A stretch of DNA of 64,000 nt from Eledone cirrhosa (GCA_964016885.1 OZ024746.1:68944001-69008000), one strand, 5' to 3'; positions 35,274-52,643 are shown, counted from the first letter of the stretch. Numbers and translations are program-made. The notes: generated by a model from the sequence alone, not told the origin.

Positions 35274-37310
35274 TATATATACATATATATATACACATAT
35301 ATACACACACATATATATATATACACACACATATATATATATACACACACATATATATATACACACACATATATATATATACACACACATATATATATAT
35401 ACACACACATATATATATATACACACACATATATATATACACACACATATATATATACACACACATATATATACACACACATATATATACACACACATAT
35501 ATATACACACACATATATATACACACACATATATATACACACATATATATATACACACATATATATATACACACATATATATATACACACATATATATAC
35601 ACACATATATATACACACACATATATATACACACACATATATATACACACACATATATATACACACATATATATATACACACACATATATATACACACAT
35701 ATATATATACACACACATATATATATACACACACATATATATACACACACATATATATATACACACACATATATATATACACACACATATATATATACAC
35801 ACACATATATATATACACACATATATATATACACACATATATATATACACACATATATATATACACACATATATATATATACACACATATATATATATAC
35901 ACACATATATATATATACACACATATATATATATATACACACATATATATATATACACACATATATATATATACACACATATATATATATACACACATAT
36001 ATATATACACACACATATATACACACACATATATATATACACACATATATATATACACACACATATATATATACACACACATATATATACACACACATAT
36101 ATATACACACACATATATATATACACACATATATATATACACACATATATATATACACACACACATATATATACACACACACATATATATACACACATAT
36201 ATATATATACATACACATATATATATACACACACATATATATATACACACACATATATATATACACACACATATATATATACACACACATATATATATAT
36301 ACACACATATATATATACACATATATATATACACACATATATATACACATATATATATACACACATATATATACACATATATATATACACACATATATAT
36401 ACACACATATATATATATACACACACATATATATATATACATACACATATATATATATACATACACATATATATATATACATACACATATATATATATAC
36501 ATACACATATATACATACACATATATATATATACATACACATATATACATACACATATATATATATATATACACATATATATATATATATACACATATAT
36601 ATATATATATACACATATATATATATATACACATATATATATATATATACACACACATATATATATACACACACACATATATATATACACACACATATAT
36701 ATATATATATATACACATATATATATACACATATATACACATATATATATACACATATATACATATATATATACACATATATATATATATACACATATAT
36801 ATATACATATATACACATATATATACACATATATATATATATACACATATATATATACATATATACACATATATATATACATATATACACATATATACAT
36901 ACATATATACACATATACACATATATATATACATATATACACATATATATATACATATACACATATATATATATATACACATATATACATCTATATACAT
37001 ATATACACATATATATATATATATATACACATATATACATCTATATACATATATACACATATATATATACACATATATACATCTATATACATATATACAC
37101 ATATATATATACACATATATACATCTATATACATATATACACATATATATATATATATACACATATATACATCTATATACACATATATACATCTATATAC
37201 ACATATATACACATATATACATACACATACACATATATACATCTATATACACATATATACACATATATACATACACATACACATATATATATATATATAT
37301 ACACATATAT
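35274..37310. repeat. Compound (TA/CA) array
   Basis: Seen directly; continuous with the RTE tail. Confidence 0.97.
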
Positions 37311-40300
37311 ATCATCATCATCATCATCATTTTACGTCCGCTTTTCCCTGCTTGCAAGGGTGGGACGGGTCTTATTCAGCACAGCATCTCTCCACTCGTC
37401 ACGGTCCCTCGTCATCTCCACCGTGAGCTTCAATGATCTGAGGTCTGTTCTCACCACCTCCGCCCATGTTTTTCGTGGTCTACCTCTACCACATCTTCCC
37501 TCAACTGGCATTTCCTGGCACTTCTTCACCCATCGGTCATCCTCCATGCGCATCACATGTCCATACCACCTCAGTCTCCTCTCCCGTACACTACATTCTA
37601 TCCCTCTCAGACACAGTTTCTCTCTCAACACATTTATGCTGGGTCGTTCACGCACATTTACACTGCACATCCAACGGAGCATGCTTGCCTCATTTCTCTC
37701 CAGCCGTCGCATATCCTCTGCGGTTGCTGCCCATGTCTCACTACCATGCAGCATCGCGCTCCTCACACAGGCATCATACAACCGGCCTTTCGTACGCAGG
37801 GAGAAACCCTTCTTCGTCAACAGAGGAAGCAGCTCCCTAAACTTCTTCCAACCCGTCCTTATTCTAGATACTATGGCCTCGGAACACCCTCCTCCCATGC
37901 TAATCTGATCTCCTAGGTACCGGAAGCTATCCACCACTTCTATAGCGCCCTCTCGCATTTGAAAAATGTGTCTATCAGTGCGACTTCTACTGTCTAATTT
38001 CCCTGTACATCTACTGCATACATATTTCTCCCTACCTGTTAGTTTGCCTGCTATCCCGCTACATCTCTTGTGTACCCAGGACCTGCATTGTGTGCATTTT
38101 ATAGAATTTATGCCAGTTCCTTTTCTGCATATCGAACATGGCCATTTCCCTGACGGAATCAGGGTTTTGTCCTCTTTTCTACTCATCAACACTTTTGTCT
38201 TAGCTAGATTTACTCTCAGTCCTCTTGCTTCCAACTGCTGTTTCCATAGCCGGAATTTATTCTCTAGCTCCTCTACTGATTCTGCCATAAGAGCCAGATC
38301 GTCAGCATAGAGAAGTTCCCATGGACAGCCAGTCTTAAACTCCTCTGTTATGGCTTGGAGGACTATAATGAACAAGAGCGGGCTGAGGACCGAACCCTGA
38401 TGTACTCCTACTTGTATCTGGAATTCCTCACTAAACTCCATTCCTACCCTGACTTTACTGAGAGTACCTCTGTACAAAGTTTGCACTGTCCTCACAAGCC
38501 ATTCCTCAACACCCAGCTTCCTTAGGGACCACCAGATGACAGATCGGGGTACCCTATCAAAGGCCTTCTCTAGGTCAACAAAGGCTAAGTATAGTGGCTT
38601 ATTCTTCTCTAAGAACCTCTCTTGCATTTGTCTCACCAAGAAGAGGGCATCTGTTGTACTCTTCCCAGGCACAAAACCAAACTGCATCTCATCTAGTTTG
38701 ACCCTTTCTCTAATTAGTTGTGCTAAAATCCTTTCTGCCACTTTCATAACCTGATCTATCAGCTTTATACCCCTATAATTGCTCCTCTCCAAAGCATCCC
38801 CTTTACCTTTGTAGCAATTTATGAGAATACTGCTGCACCAGTCTTTGGGTATGACACCACCATATATAGCCTGATTGATGATGCGTGCAACCAGTTTAGT
38901 GCCTACGTCCCCTGATGCCTTCAGCATCTCAGCAACTATTCCCGATGGTCCGGCCGCCTTACCATTTTTCATTTCCCTAATCGCCTCTTGGACCCTATAT
39001 TCGTCAATCTCAATAGCTGGTCCCTCTGTCGGATCTACCAAGGGTAATTTCTCTCTCTCCCATTCGTTCTCCACATTCATCAGTCTCTCATAATGACATT
39101 TCCAGGCCTCCTTTTTCTGGTCATTCGTGACACTAAGTACACCGGCATCATCCCGGACACATTTATCACCAACAACATCCTGATTTGCATTGACACACTG
39201 CCTTGCAATGTGGAACACCGCACGCCTCTGATCTTCCCGTCGCAGAACATTGGCAAACTTCCTACTCTCTGCCTCCCTGCGTGCTAAGTACACCTGACGT
39301 CTAGCTTCTCTCTTAGTGGCTGTATATTCTTCCCTACTCCCACCCTTTATCCAAGCCTTCCATGCTAGTCTTTTGTCTCTAATAGCCTTATCTACTGTGC
39401 TGTTCCACCACCAGGTCACTCTCTGTCTGGTTGGAGCTCTGCTCCAGCCACAGGTTTCATCAGTAGCCTGCAGCAAGTTGTCACGTAAGAACTTCCAGTT
39501 ATTATCTATGTCATACGTCTCTAAATCGTCTTCTTTTTCGTCATATACATCTTGAAGGGCTTTCCTAAATTTGAATTTTAGTGAAAGGTCTTTTAGCTTC
39601 CAGACCTTTCTTCTCCACACCTTCCTATATGTCTCATTCCATCTCTTGCTTACTGAGATATCACTAACAACTAACCTATGCTGTGCGGTACATTCTTCCC
39701 CAGGGTATGCCTTGGTATTAGACACTATCTGCCTGTCCCGCTGCCTAACTAGCAGGAAGTCAATCTGGCTTATGTGCTCACCAGATTTGTAGGTTATTAG
39801 GTGATTGGCAGGTTTCTGGAAGTTTGTGTTGCAAATAGTCAATGTACTTGCATCACAAAATTCAAGAAGTCTCACTCCTTCTTCATTTCTTGAACCGTAA
39901 CCGTGCCCACCATGTACCCCAGTGTAACCATCCTGGAGCTGTCCAACATGACCATTGAAGTCTCCTGCTAGCATAACGATGTCTCCGTCCTCTGTCATTG
40001 TGGTTGTTTGCAAGAGTTGCTCATAAAAGCAGTCTTTCACATCTTTGCCTAGGCCTGCTTGGGGAGCATAGACCGAGATGATTGTCAGTAGTCTCCTACC
40101 TACAACTAATCTAAGCTTAATTATTCGATTACTAACTCGAACTACCTCTATTGTCTTATTGATCCATTTCTCAGCCAGGAAAATGCCTACTCCCCCTAAC
40201 CCATCATCCTTACCTACCCAGAATAGCTTATAGCTAAGACGCTTGCCTACGACTAGTCTCGCAGAGGCACCTCTCCATCTCACCTCTTGCACGCAGCACA

Positions 40301-40591
40301 CATCCACCTGCCTTCTCTCCAGCATCTCCGCTATTTCAGCAGATCTACCTCTGAGAGTGCCAACATTAAGTGTTGCAACTCTGAGATGCGACGTCTTCAT
40401 ATTTTTCTATGCTGTTTTGTTGCTGTGCTGATAAGCTTTTGGCATTGATACACTGGTTGGATGCCCTTCCTAACACCAGCGCCACTTTACAGCATGGACT
40501 GGGTGCTTTTATTTGTGCCACCAGCACTAGAGAGGATGTCTTACTAGACTCAAGGGCCCTCTCTACCCCTCCATTTTACAGCATGGTCATT
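37311..40591 (-). mobile_element. Full-length RTE retrotransposon: about 190-nt 5' UTR, single ORF, (ATG)n tail right after the stop codon
   Basis: (ATC)n at 37311-37330 abuts the TAA stop. Non-repetitive 5' UTR at 40401-40591. The 3' tail runs into a (TA/CA) array and a further array lies about 270 bp past the 5' end. No clear TSD. Confidence 0.92.
37332..40400 (-). CDS. Intact RTE-clade LINE ORF (1022 aa): APE endonuclease, reverse transcriptase, inserted PHD-like zinc finger
   Basis: Uninterrupted ORF. APE motifs: [40 protein letters not shown] motifs: [51 protein letters not shown]-type C-terminus: [12 protein letters not shown]...GRGRPRKTW. Confidence 0.97.
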   Translation of the reverse strand: MKTSHLRVATLNVGTLRGRSAEIAEMLERRQVDVCCVQEVRWRGASARLVVGKRLSYKLFWVGKDDGLGGVGIFLAEKWINKTIEVVRVSNRIIKLRLVVGRRLLTIISVYAPQAGLGKDVKDCFYEQLLQTTTMTEDGDIVMLAGDFNGHVGQLQDGYTGVHGGHGYGSRNEEGVRLLEFCDASTLTICNTNFQKPANHLITYKSGEHISQIDFLLVRQRDRQIVSNTKAYPGEECTAQHRLVVSDISVSKRWNETYRKVWRRKVWKLKDLSLKFKFRKALQDVYDEKEDDLETYDIDNNWKFLRDNLLQATDETCGWSRAPTRQRVTWWWNSTVDKAIRDKRLAWKAWIKGGSREEYTATKREARRQVYLARREAESRKFANVLRREDQRRAVFHIARQCVNANQDVVGDKCVRDDAGVLSVTNDQKKEAWKCHYERLMNVENEWEREKLPLVDPTEGPAIEIDEYRVQEAIREMKNGKAAGPSGIVAEMLKASGDVGTKLVARIINQAIYGGVIPKDWCSSILINCYKGKGDALERSNYRGIKLIDQVMKVAERILAQLIRERVKLDEMQFGFVPGKSTTDALFLVRQMQERFLEKNKPLYLAFVDLEKAFDRVPRSVIWWSLRKLGVEEWLVRTVQTLYRGTLSKVRVGMEFSEEFQIQVGVHQGSVLSPLLFIIVLQAITEEFKTGCPWELLYADDLALMAESVEELENKFRLWKQQLEARGLRVNLAKTKVLMSRKEDKTLIPSGKWPCSICRKGTGINSIKCTQCRSWVHKRCSGIAGKLTGREKYVCSRCTGKLDSRSRTDRHIFQMREGAIEVVDSFRYLGDQISMGGGCSEAIVSRIRTGWKKFRELLPLLTKKGFSLRTKGRLYDACVRSAMLHGSETWAATAEDMRRLERNEASMLRWMCSVNVRERPSINVLREKLCLRGIECSVRERRLRWYGHVMRMEDDRWVKKCQEMPVEGRCGRGRPRKTWAEVVRTDLRSLKLTVEMTRDRDEWRDAVLNKTRPTLASREKRT

Positions 40592-40859
40592 AAAAAAAAA
40601 AAAAAAAAAAAAATGATTGACACGACACACACACCAATACTCATGCATACAAACCACAACCACACATACCAACACTCATTCATGCATACAATCACACACA
40701 CAACTCACAAACACATATATATATATACATATATTACCGACAGTACTGATACAAAATCAAAATCGTCAAAATCACTATCATGTCAACTGTTGACCTTTCC
40801 CAGTCCAGTTCGGCTTGTATATAATAACAATAACAATAATAATTGTTTGCTTTACGCAA

Positions 40860-41164
40860 ACATATATATATATACATATATATATATATACATATACACA
40901 TATATATACACATATATATACACAAACATATATATATATACATATATATACACATATATATATACACATATATATATATATATACATATATATACACATA
41001 TATATATACACATATATATATATATATACATATATATACACATATATATATACACATATATATATATATATACATATATATACATACACATATATATATA
41101 TATATACATATATATACATACACATATATATATATATATACATATATATACACATACACATATA

Positions 41165-41198
<34 letters not shown>

Positions 41199-42098
41199 TA
41201 TACACATATACACATATACACATATATATACACATATACACATATACACATATACACATATATATACACATATATACATATACACACATATATACATATA
41301 CACACATATATACATATACACACATATATACATATACACACATATATACATATACACATATACATATATACATATACATATATATACATATACATATACA
41401 TACACATACATATATATACACATACATATATATACACATATATACACACATATATATATATACACACATATATATATACACACATATATATATACATATA
41501 TATACACACATATCTATATACACACATATATATATACACACATATATATATACACACATATATATATACACACATATATATATACACACATATATATATA
41601 CACATATATATATATACACACATATATATATACACACATATATATATACACACATATATATATACACACATATATATATACACACATATATATATACACA
41701 CATATATATATACACACATATATATATACACACATATATATATACACACATATATATATACACATATCTATATATATACACATATCTATATATATACACA
41801 TATCTATATATATACACATATTTATATATATACACATATCTATATATATACACATATTTATATATATACACATATCTATATATATACACATATCTATATA
41901 TACACACATATCTATATATACACATATCTATATATACACATATCTATATATACACATATATATATATACACATATATATATATACACATATATATATACA
42001 CACATATATATATACACATATATATATATATATACACATATATATATATACATATATATATACACATATATATATATACATATATATATACACATATA
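40860..42098. repeat. Compound (TA/CA) array
   Basis: Seen directly. Confidence 0.97.
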
Positions 42099-43366
42099 GA
42101 ATTAACTAAGTGAAATAGCATAAAAATAAAGGCCTCGTTGGTTTAAGCTATTTTTATAAAGGATGCCACAGAATGTACGATATATAATGATTACAATATT
42201 TTTTAGCAACAACTCTAGTCCCACACTTTTGAAGGTTTATTATAACATTCTGTGGCACTTTTGAGCTTGCACATTTTTCATGTCTAGTTTAATATTTTTT
42301 TAAGGCAACGCTTGTAATAACTCTAGTTAAACAGGATATATATTAATAATAAATTATCGTTGTAATGTAATTAGATTATGTAATTGGTATTATAAATTAT
42401 CTTATAAATATTAGTGTAAGATGTATAAAAATATTTTCAGACTTTTAATATAAACAACTACAAAAAACAATCAATATTAAATCAATATATTATACATAAT
42501 AGAAAACATAAAATAAACAATACAAAAACAAAATATTATTTACATACAATTGCAATTATCAGTGTATATACATTTTCTTTATATTCCCTGAGCAAATTAA
42601 TAAGATTTGTTTTTATTGTACATAATTTGATGACTTGTTGGAGTGTATTAAAAGATAGCAACAATTTGTGATTAAATTGTTATCTTAAGCAACTCACTTT
42701 TTAATAGTTGTTGGCTGAGCGAAATTGTAAAAGCCTATGAGCAAATATAAAAAAAAATACACAAACAACATTTCCTTGTGTTATTACAACATTAGATAAA
42801 ATAATTGAGCAATGTCGTTATATTTTGCTCTTATTGCACATTAATAGTGTTTCTATTTTTCGGCACAAATCCATTACGGCAGTCCATTACTGGTACTTTA
42901 TTTTATCGAATTAGTAAGTATGAAAGTCGAAGTTAACCTCGGCAGGATTTGAACTTAGAATGCAAAGGACCATAACAATACTGCAAAGCATGGTGTCTGA
43001 CGCTCTACCAATACTTGTGTTGAGCTGGTCATTAATTTATGGTGGTCGTGCGTGGAGTAGAGCAATCGCTAGTTGAAATATTATGAACAAAACATTTTTA
43101 TTTGCCGAAGAACATATTTTCAATACTGTTTGTGAATGTGACGAAGGAAATACATTCTGATATGGAACAGTGTACAAAGTGTGTCTGTGAATAACATAAT
43201 GTTACCTCATGTTGTTGTCAAGACATAATGGATTTCGTATATCCAGTTAGAAGATGAAACCTAGCCATCTCGGATTAGTTATATTTCATGCCATAAACGT
43301 GTTTGAGGATAGCAAAATATGCGTGTTTCTTGTCTGGAAACTTTCTGCTAAACTGATTGGTTTCAT
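42099..43366 (+). repeat. Duplicated block A2, copy of 29731-30997
   Basis: Starts inside the foldback right arm at a microsatellite edge; ends at aaactgattggtttca. Confidence 0.93.
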
Positions 43367-43478
43367 TTTTGGCACTATACAATACTCATCCAACAGATAG
43401 CTGTATTGGATCCTTGATTGGTTAATATTTAGGTGAGGGTGCTTGATGCAGAGTTAGTGCAAAATGGATCAATGAGTG

Positions 43479-44132
43479 TAATAATAATAATGATAATAAT
43501 AATGAAAATATTGTGTACAATGCTGAGGTGCACTACAACTCATCAAAAGTGCATATATAATACATAGGGTAATATAAAAACGTCAGGAAAAAAGAACAGT
43601 GCATGAGTCATGATATACACATATGTGCATGTGTATGGAAGGGGGACATCAGGTGTAGTTTTGGTGTATTTCGGAATGTATGATGGTTTTAAAGGATGCA
43701 GTGTGTCATCAGCTAACAACTGATGCAGGAAGTTTGTTCCATCCTTCAGCAACTCTGAGCATGAAGAAATATTTCCTAAAGTCATGGGAGCTGTGTTGTT
43801 TTCTGACTTTGTAGGCATGTCCACGTGTTAGACACATGGAGATCAAAAAGGTGTTCGGGGTTGTTATTGGTCGGATGGTTAATAACTTTGTGGGTGTTTA
43901 CCAAGTCCATTGCCAGAGGGAAGCAAAATATTCAGGGTATGGTAGGTGTCTGATGGAGGGTATGCGCTTGGTTGCATGTCTCTGAACAGTTTCCAGGAGG
44001 TCAATGTTCTGAGCAAGATAGGGGTTCCAGACTGATGACGCGAACTCCAAGTGTATTCGTACCATAGATGTATACAGCTTTAAATAGATGGCTGGAGAGC
44101 AGCTAATGAAGGTCTTGCTGATTGATGCCAAG
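43479..44132 (-). mobile_element. 3' remnant of a CR1/L2-group LINE with (ATT)n tail
   Basis: Peptide LYTSMVRIHLEFASSVWNPYLAQNIDLLETVQRHATKRIP is the typical CR1-group ORF2 C-terminal region. The terminus tttgatgagttgtagtgcacct.agca.tgtacacaata + (ATT)n recurs on the plus strand at 11505-11578. Confidence 0.85.
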
Positions 44133-44323
44133 TCAATCTTAATAAATTGACTGATTTATCTGTTCACTACTGCTAATCCACCGCTGTTTGTACAATTTTT
44201 TAGATAATGTCAATTTGAGCTTGAATCATTGGCGTAATGAAATTTGAAAAGATTATAAGCAAATCTTTTTTAAAATACACAGACAACATTTAACTGTATC
44301 GTTGCAACATTAGATCTAATAAT

Positions 44324-44507
44324 TGTTTCTACTTTAGGCACAAGGCCAGCAATCACCCAGTGCATTACTGGAACTTTATTTTATCGACCCCGTAAGGATG
44401 AAAGGCAAAGTCAACCTCGGAGGGATTTGAACTCAGATCATAAAGGGACGTAACTATGCAGGAAAGCATGGCGTCCGACCCTCTACCGATACTCCCAATC
44501 CACCGCC
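44324..44507 (-). mobile_element. Full-length young SINE with 18-19-bp TSD
   Basis: caacattagatctaataat at 44305-44323 and 44507-44525. Confidence 0.92.
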
Positions 44508-44775
44508 AACATTAGATCTAATAATGGAGCAACATTTGTGCAGAATTATTGTTTGTGCAATAAGATATTTTTTTTTCTCCTATTGTTGATTTAAATTTCA
44601 TATGTCGATTATTATAGTTGAATTAATAAAAAAATTAAATATTACATACAAATAGTTTAACATAATAATAAAAAAAATAATCCAACATAATAATAATAAA
44701 ATAATTTAACACAAAACAAACAATATAGACAAATATACAAGTAAATATGATACAACCAATATTATAAGCATGTTA

Positions 44776-45527
44776 TATACACACTTCAACAGCATTCTAA
44801 TAACTATTGCCTGTACAGGTAATCAAAGTGTCAATCGAATGTTAGTTTCGTGTTTTAACAGTACAAATTTACAATACACACATAAAACCAGTGTATATAC
44901 ATACATGAGTGTGTATACACATACATGAATGTGTATATACAATATATATGTATATATATATAGACACATATATTCACGGTGCAACGGAACATTAAAATAT
45001 AGATGCGGGGGGGGGGGGGTATATATAGGGGCGCTGGGGATAAAGGAGTGTACAGAAGTAAGTGTGTAATTGATATATTGAAGGAGAGGAGCGTGCAGCG
45101 ATAGAGTAACAAATATATAGAGAGGGGGAGAGATGGTATTGAAGGGGAGGAGTGCAAAGCGAAAGAGTAAGAGAGATATATATAGAGACGGAACAGATAG
45201 AGAGAAACAGGCGTAAGTAACAGTGGAAGAGATATAGAGAGAGAGGGGGGAATAAATAAATGGAAATATAAGTGTAACAGTATCAGAGATATATAGAGAG
45301 GGGGAAATGTGTTATTGAAGAGGAGGAGTGTAAAGCGAAAGCGTAAGATATATATAGAGAGAGGGGGAATAGTATATATATATATATATATATCAACACT
45401 TACTCTGATTGGTTGAAAATTAGCCAATGACATACGATCACCACCACCACGGCTATCCCTGAAAATTTATGAAGAAGTTACCCATATATGTTAGAACAGG
45501 AAAAGTGAACTTTCTGTTATTTCACAC
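44776..45527 (+). repeat. Duplicated block B2
   Basis: Matches 31631-32231; the pseudo-ORFs [11 protein letters not shown] begin identically in both. Confidence 0.9.
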
Positions 45528-46127
45528 ATATACACACATATATATATACACATATATATATATATATACACACATATATATATATACACACATATATATA
45601 TATATACACATATATATATATATATACACATATATATATATATACACATATATATATATATATACACATATATATATATATATACACATATATATATATA
45701 TACACATATATATATATATATATACACATATATATATATATATACACATATATATATATATATATACACATATATATATATATATATACACATATATATA
45801 TATATATATACACATATATATATATATATACACACATATATATATATATATACACACATATATATATATACACACATATATATATATACACACATATATA
45901 TATATATATATACACACATATATATATACACATATACACATATATATATATATACACATATATACATATATATATATATACACATATATATATATACATA
46001 TATATATATATACATATATATATATACATATATACATATATATATATACATATATATATATACATATATATATATACATATACATATATATATATACATA
46101 TATATATATATACATATATATATATAC

Positions 46128-46190
<63 letters not shown>

Positions 46191-46648
46191 CATATATATA
46201 TATACATATATATATATACATATATATATATACATATATATATATACATATATATATATACATATATATATATACATATATATATATACATATATATATA
46301 TACATATATATACATATATATATATACATATATATATATACATATACATATATACATATATATATATACATATATATATATACATATATATACATACATA
46401 TATATACATATATATATATACATATATATACATACATATATATACATATATATATATACATATATATACATACATATATATACATATATATATATACATA
46501 TATATATATACATATATATATATACATACATATATATATATACATATATATATATACATATATATATATACATATATATATATACATATATATACATACA
46601 TATATATATATACATACATATACATATATATATATATACATACATATA

Positions 46649-46703
<55 letters not shown>

Positions 46704-46771
46704 ACATATATATATATACATATATATATATACATATATATATATACATATATATATATACATATATATAT

Positions 46772-47267
46772 ATTTCGTTTCTGAATTTGTTTAGCAAGAT
46801 TCTTTATCTGAAATCGTGTGTTGAAACCGATATTGTTATACTTTGGGAGGGTCATGTTGCCAATAAGAAATACACGCACCAGTTGCTTTCACTTCAATTT
46901 AATTTAATATATATTTATAAATTTACAAATTTATAAATTTCTGGTTGGTTGGTTGGTTCCACAACCAGATAGTTGTTTATATATATATAGTCATAGTTCT
47001 TTCGTCACACACTCTGTGACCAGGATAGAAGAAAGGAAAGGCACAGAAACGAAGAAAGAAATCCCCAGTCACTGAAGAGGTCACAGAGTGTGTGACGAAA
47101 GAACTATGACTATATATATATAAACAACTATCTGGTTGTGGAACCAACCAACCAACCAGAAATTTATAAATTTGTAAATTTATAAATATATATTAAATTA
47201 AATTGAAGTGAAAGCAACTGGTGCGTGTATTTCTTATTGGCAACATGACCCTCCCAAAGTATAACAA
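46772..47267. mobile_element. Penelope-like inverted pLTR pair (189-bp inverted arms 46833-47021 and 47079-47267)
   Basis: Arms read as exact reverse complements. Same family as 59435-59707. Embedded between two (TA/CA) arrays. Confidence 0.85.
47067..47111 (+). ncRNA. Minimal type I hammerhead ribozyme
   Basis: AGTCA-CTGAAGA-G-GTCAC(agagtgt)GTGAC-GAAA-GAAC-TA-TGACT: 5-bp stem I, stem II of at least 5 bp, canonical CUGANGA/GAAA core, CUA site. Confidence 0.85.
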
Positions 47268-48210
47268 CATATATATATATATATATTCATATATATATAT
47301 ACATATATATATATACATATATATATATACATATATATATATACATATATATATACATATATACATATATACATATATATATATACATATATACATATAC
47401 ATATATACATATATATACATATATATATATACATATATATATATACATATATATATATACATATATATATATATACATATATACATATACATATATACAT
47501 ATATATATATACATATATATATATACATATATATATATACATATATATATACACATATATATATACACATATATATATACACATATATATATACACATAT
47601 ATATATATACACATATATATATACACATATATATATACACATATATATATACACATATATATATACACATATACACATATATATATACACATATATACAC
47701 ATATATATATATACATATATATATATACATATATATACATATATATACATATATATACATATATATATATATACATACATATACATATATATACATATAT
47801 ATATATATACATACATATACATATATATACATACATACACATACATATATATACATATATATACATACATATACATACATATATATACATACATATACAT
47901 ACATATATATACATACATATACATACATATATATACATACATATACATACATATATATACATACATATACATACATACACATACATATATATACATATAC
48001 ATACATATATATACATATACATACATATACATACATACACATACATATATATACATACATATACAGACATACACATACATATATATACATACATATACAT
48101 ACATATACATACATATATATACATACATATACATACATATACATACATATATATACATATATATACATATATATACATACATATACATATATATACATAC
48201 ATATACATAC

Positions 48211-48257
<47 letters not shown>

Positions 48258-48274
48258 CATATACATATATATAC

Positions 48275-48385
<111 letters not shown>

Positions 48386-48400
48386 CATATATATATACAC

Positions 48401-48447
<47 letters not shown>

Positions 48448-48852
48448 CATATATATATACACATATATATATACATATATATATATACATATATATATAC
48501 ATATATATATACATATATATATACATATATATATACATATATATATACATATATATATACATATATATATACATATATATATACATATATATATACATAT
48601 ATATATACATATATATATACATATATATATACATATATATATACATATATATATACATATATATATATACATATATACATACATATATATATATACATAT
48701 ATACATACATATATATATATACATATATACATATATATACATATATATATATATACATATATATATACATATATATATATACATATATACATATATATAC
48801 ATATATATATATATACATATATATACATATATATATATATACATATATATAC

Positions 48853-48971
<119 letters not shown>

Positions 48972-49008
48972 TATACATATATATATATATACATATACAT
49001 ATATATAC

Positions 49009-49257
<249 letters not shown>

Positions 49258-49324
49258 TACATATATATACATATATATACATATATATACATATATACAT
49301 ATATATACATATATATACATATAC

Positions 49325-49373
<49 letters not shown>

Positions 49374-49384
49374 CATATATATAC

Positions 49385-49483
<99 letters not shown>

Positions 49484-49822
49484 TATATACATATATACAT
49501 ATATACACATATATATATATATATATATACATATATACACATATATATATATATATATATACATATATACATATATATATATATACATATATACATATAT
49601 ACACATATATATATATATATATATACATATATACATATATATATATATACATATATACATATATACATATATATATATATACATATATACATATATACAT
49701 ATATACATATATATATATATACATATATACATATATACATATATACATATATATATATACATATATATATATACATATATATATATACATATATATATAT
49801 ACATATATATATACATATATAC

Positions 49823-49853
<31 letters not shown>

Positions 49854-49881
49854 CATATATACATATATATATATACATATA

Positions 49882-49929
<48 letters not shown>

Positions 49930-49978
49930 CATATATATATATACATATATATATACATATATACATATATATATATAC

Positions 49979-50011
<33 letters not shown>

Positions 50012-50117
50012 CATATATACATATATATATAGTTATATTTGGGGAGGGTCATATTTGCGTAATATTGCCAGAATTAATAACAGAACACACTCATATACAT
50101 ATATACATATACATATA

Positions 50118-50150
<33 letters not shown>

Positions 50151-50226
50151 ACATATATACATATACATATACATATAAACATATACATATACATATACAT
50201 ATATATATACATATACATATATATAC

Positions 50227-50323
<97 letters not shown>

Positions 50324-50336
50324 CATATATATATAC

Positions 50337-50393
<57 letters not shown>

Positions 50394-50406
50394 CATATAT
50401 ATATAC

Positions 50407-50777
<371 letters not shown>

Positions 50778-50795
50778 CACATATATATATATATA

Positions 50796-50828
<33 letters not shown>

Positions 50829-51698
50829 ATATATACATATACATATATACATATATATATACATATACATATATACATATATATATACATATACATATAT
50901 ATATACATATACATATATACATATATATATACATATACATATATACATATACATATATATATACATATACATATATACATATATATATACATATACACAT
51001 ATACATATATATATACATATATACATATATATATACATATATATACATATACATATACATATATATACATATACATATATATATACATATATATACATAT
51101 ACATATATATATGCATATATATACATATACATATATATATACATACATATATATATACATATACATATACATATATATATACATATACATATACATATAT
51201 ATACACATATATATATATATATATACACATATATATATATATATACACACATATATATATATATATACACATATATATATATACACACATATATATATAC
51301 ACACATATATATATACACATATATATATATACATATATATATATACATATATATATATACATATATATATATACATATATATATATACATATATATATAT
51401 ACATATATATATATACATATATATATATACATATATATATACATATATATATACATATATATATATACATATATATATACATATATATATATACATATAT
51501 ATATATACATATATATATATACATATATATATATACATATATATATATACATATATATATATACATATATATATATACATATATATATATACATATATAT
51601 ACATATATATATATACACATATATATATACATATATATACATATATATATATACACATATATATATACACATATATATATATACATATATATATACAC

Positions 51699-51729
<31 letters not shown>

Positions 51730-52451
51730 CACATATATATATACACATATATATATATACATATATATATACACATATATATATATACATATATATATAC
51801 ATATATATATATACATATATATATATACATATATATATATACATATATACATATATATACACATATATATATACACATATACATATATACATATATACAT
51901 ATATATATACACATATATATATACACATATATATATATACATATATACATATATATATACACATATATATATACACATATATATATATATACATATATAT
52001 ATATACATATACATATATACATATACATATATATATATACATATATGTATATATGTATATATATACATATATATATATACATATATACAAATTTCCCACG
52101 GTTGGACAGGATATTTTGAGGCAAAGTTTTATAAGCGGCTACTGCCTTTCCTGACACCAATCTTTTAAACTATTTTCTTATGATACTAAGGGAAACAGTG
52201 TAGTTAACCTAAACTCCATACATGTACAAGGATATTATATATATGTTCACCAATTTGTTTTATAAAGAACTATGGCAAATATAGTTGTTACACCCACATA
52301 TTGAATTTCTTCTGAATTCTTATTAATTTTGTTTCATTATATTTTTCAATTCCATATATGTTTGGAATGCTCAATTTGTTCCATCATCATCATCATTATT
52401 ATTATTATTGTTATGTGTATATAACACTGTGACAAGAGTACTTGTGGTATG

Positions 52452-52487
<36 letters not shown>

Positions 52488-52643
52488 CAAGAATTCAATT
52501 TGCAAATATTTTAGCTGGAAAAAAAAAAGAAGTATAAAACAGAGAAGAACAAGAAGAGAAAATAGAACTTGTTTTGACATATTTGGGAGTCATTGGGTTG
52601 GGAGTGGAGTCACCATATTTCTAATAGGAAAGGCATTTATTAT

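Noticed and set aside
37466-39792. Plus-strand ORFs overlapping the RTE (also 18173-19849)
   Set aside because: Antisense shadows of the RT coding frame.
40401-40591. HDV-like ribozyme in the RTE 5' UTR
   Set aside because: Known in some RTEs, but I could not build the nested double pseudoknot by eye; needs an RNArobo/Infernal search.
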